64,000 bases of DNA from positions 3,264-67,263 of the forward strand of contig PKTB01000002.1 of assembly GCA_002869385.1 (NCBI GenBank), written 5' to 3'. Origin of the DNA: Marinilabiliales bacterium. GTDB taxonomy: Bacteria > Bacteroidota > Bacteroidia > Bacteroidales > ML635J-15. The position numbers were made by a program, and so were the translations under genes. Positions 62,801 through 64,000 of the stretch are shown here, in pieces (within the stretch, counting starts at the first letter, position 1; the number at the start of each line of letters is the position of its first letter). Below the pieces are notes generated by a model. That model saw only the letters and a list, made by a program, of their open reading frames with translations, ran no database searches and was not told the origin of the DNA.

Positions 62801-64000
62801 ATCATGTTATCCGGCAGCTCCTGATATTATTCAAAACTCTAGTGTTTTACCTCCTGAGACGATATTGACTTATCAATGGATTATGGGAAATAATGATACT
62901 GTTAATGTCGAAGACCCTGATTATCTGTATACGATGCCCGGCACATATGATATTGTTCTTAATATTGAGACATCAGCAGGATGCACTGATACATATACTC
63001 AGCAGTTAATAGTAGAAGGACCTTATGCAGATAGAAATATTAGCACTCATGATGCATGTGTTGATGAACAAGTCTATTTTGAGTTGACTGATATGAATGA
63101 TGTTATCGATTATAATTGGGTAGTTGGAGGAGGAGATGCATATGATCTTACTTCATTTGAACACTCTTATGATATTATACATGTTGATGGATATTATATT
63201 GCAAACCTGACTCTTACTTCTGGTCCATTCTGTACTGTTTATTTTACAGATACTATTTATATTCACGATGTTTATGCCGGAATTTTACTCACAGACCCTG
63301 ATGCTGTTGTTATTGATGGTGGAGCTTGTGCCCCTTATGATGCATTGTTAACCAGCGATTCAGAAGGAGACGATTTTATTACCTGGTGGGTAGACGGTGA
63401 TGAATATGGTACTGGGCTTGGTAGTCAACCAATTACTTTTGAAAATAATGGAACTGAAGACTTAACAGTGGATATCGAATTGACTATAGAAGATGCATTT
63501 GGATGTACAGACACAGCAACAACATCTATAGAAGTGTGGGCAGTACCTCAGGTTACTATTCATAAAGATACAATTATATGTTATGGTGATGAATTAGCGA
63601 TTTACGCAACAGGTGGAACAAGTTATAACTGGACTCCAAATTCTGCAATTTCAGATGTTAATAGTGCAACACCAAGCGTAAGTCCGACTGAAAATACAAT
63701 GTACACTGTAATGGTATATAATGATCATTTATGTGAAGGTACAGATTCTGTATATATCACAGTTATGCAGGAACAAAATATAACTTTAACTCCTGAAATT
63801 GATAGTATTATGATTGGAGATTCTGTCTATTCATTATTAGTAGCAGACCAGGAAAATTTGACTTATTTATGGACTCCACAATCACATATTTCATGTTATG
63901 ACTGTCCTATGCCTGTATTCTATCCTGAAGAAGATACTCGTTATAATTTAACAGTTGAGGATAGCATGAAGTGTTTCAGACATAATTACTTTATTGATAT
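59880..64000 (+). pseudogene. Very large PKD-repeat surface adhesin (SprB/CHU-type T9SS cargo architecture) that runs off the right edge; in-frame TGA at 60204..60206 and TAA at 62043..62045
   Basis: Signal peptide, then more than 12 PKD-like repeats (…F….GC.P..V.F.. / W.FGDG..S…NP.H.Y…G.Y.V.L). ORFs 59880..60206 and 60432..62045 share a frame. I translated 62046..64000 in that frame and it stays open to the end, reading ICYGDELAIYATGGTSYNWTPNSAISD… near the edge. Confidence 0.85.

Noticed and set aside
1-64000. Wholesale genetic-code change (TGA=Gly as in table 25, TAG=Gln, or all three stops acting as context-dependent sense codons) as the explanation for the internal stops
   Set aside because: All three stop codons occur internally, and all three also end genes at family-typical C-termini. 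For example TGA ends mqnA at 2603-2605, the FMN oxidoreductase at 30598-30600 and the trmH-like gene at 39081-39083, while TAA and TAG end most other genes. The gene content is Bacteroidota, not Gracilibacteria/Absconditabacteria. No suppressor tRNA is visible in the window. I keep this only as a hypothesis to test, not as a call.
1-64000. Mobile elements, prophage, defence islands (restriction-modification, CBASS, toxin-antitoxin, retrons and the like), tRNA/rRNA/tmRNA genes
   Set aside because: I found no transposase, integrase, recombinase, nuclease/helicase defence signature or flanking long repeats, and no GC-rich structured-RNA-like islands in the intergenic regions. Absence is judged by eye only.

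Overview
This is a 64-kb chromosomal segment from an AT-rich member of the Bacteroidota. The phylum call rests on a PorP/SprF gene, a T9SS type-A sorting tail, TAnnTTTG -7 promoter boxes, an rpsF-rpsR-rplI operon, and PKD and FISUMP surface proteins. I call about 55 genes and see no rRNA, tRNA, CRISPR array, transposase, integrase or recognisable defence system.

Gene content:
- Left edge: the N-terminal part of a secreted adhesin, then mqnA and a TPR/PD40 protein.
- A housekeeping block: GNAT, MATE, mltG, a K+ channel, ppa and ygiQ.
- A fatty-acid/butyrate block: acyl-CoA synthetase, hydrolase, acyl-CoA dehydrogenase, etfBA, a split EtfD-like membrane Fe-S/CCG oxidoreductase, crotonase, a 3-hydroxyacyl-CoA dehydrogenase and a thiolase. 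ptb-buk-ridA lie further right.
- rplI-rpsR-rpsF, two tandem O-antigen-ligase paralogs, a TrmH-like methylase and a PLDc_N/ABC-2 module.
- An ECF sigma/anti-sigma pair in front of a 7-kb, five-module FISUMP T9SS cargo gene.
- A porP/sprF-ompA-amidohydrolase operon transcribed divergently from a PKD-repeat adhesin longer than 4 kb that runs off the right edge.

Two things stand out:
1. Twenty in-frame stop codons (11 TAA, 4 TAG, 5 TGA) interrupt 17 otherwise intact genes, and there is not a single frameshift. Several invariant motifs and two expected ATG starts also carry single-base changes, mostly of G:C>T:A type.
2. A family of tandem heptanucleotide repeats (TCAYCNG and its near reverse complement TACCGAY, plus decayed AT-rich versions) fills several intergenic spacers. 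One 18-unit array sits between the divergent T9SS operons.

I cannot tell from sequence alone whether the stops are biological (a recent substitution-only mutator history, or readthrough/recoding) or technical.
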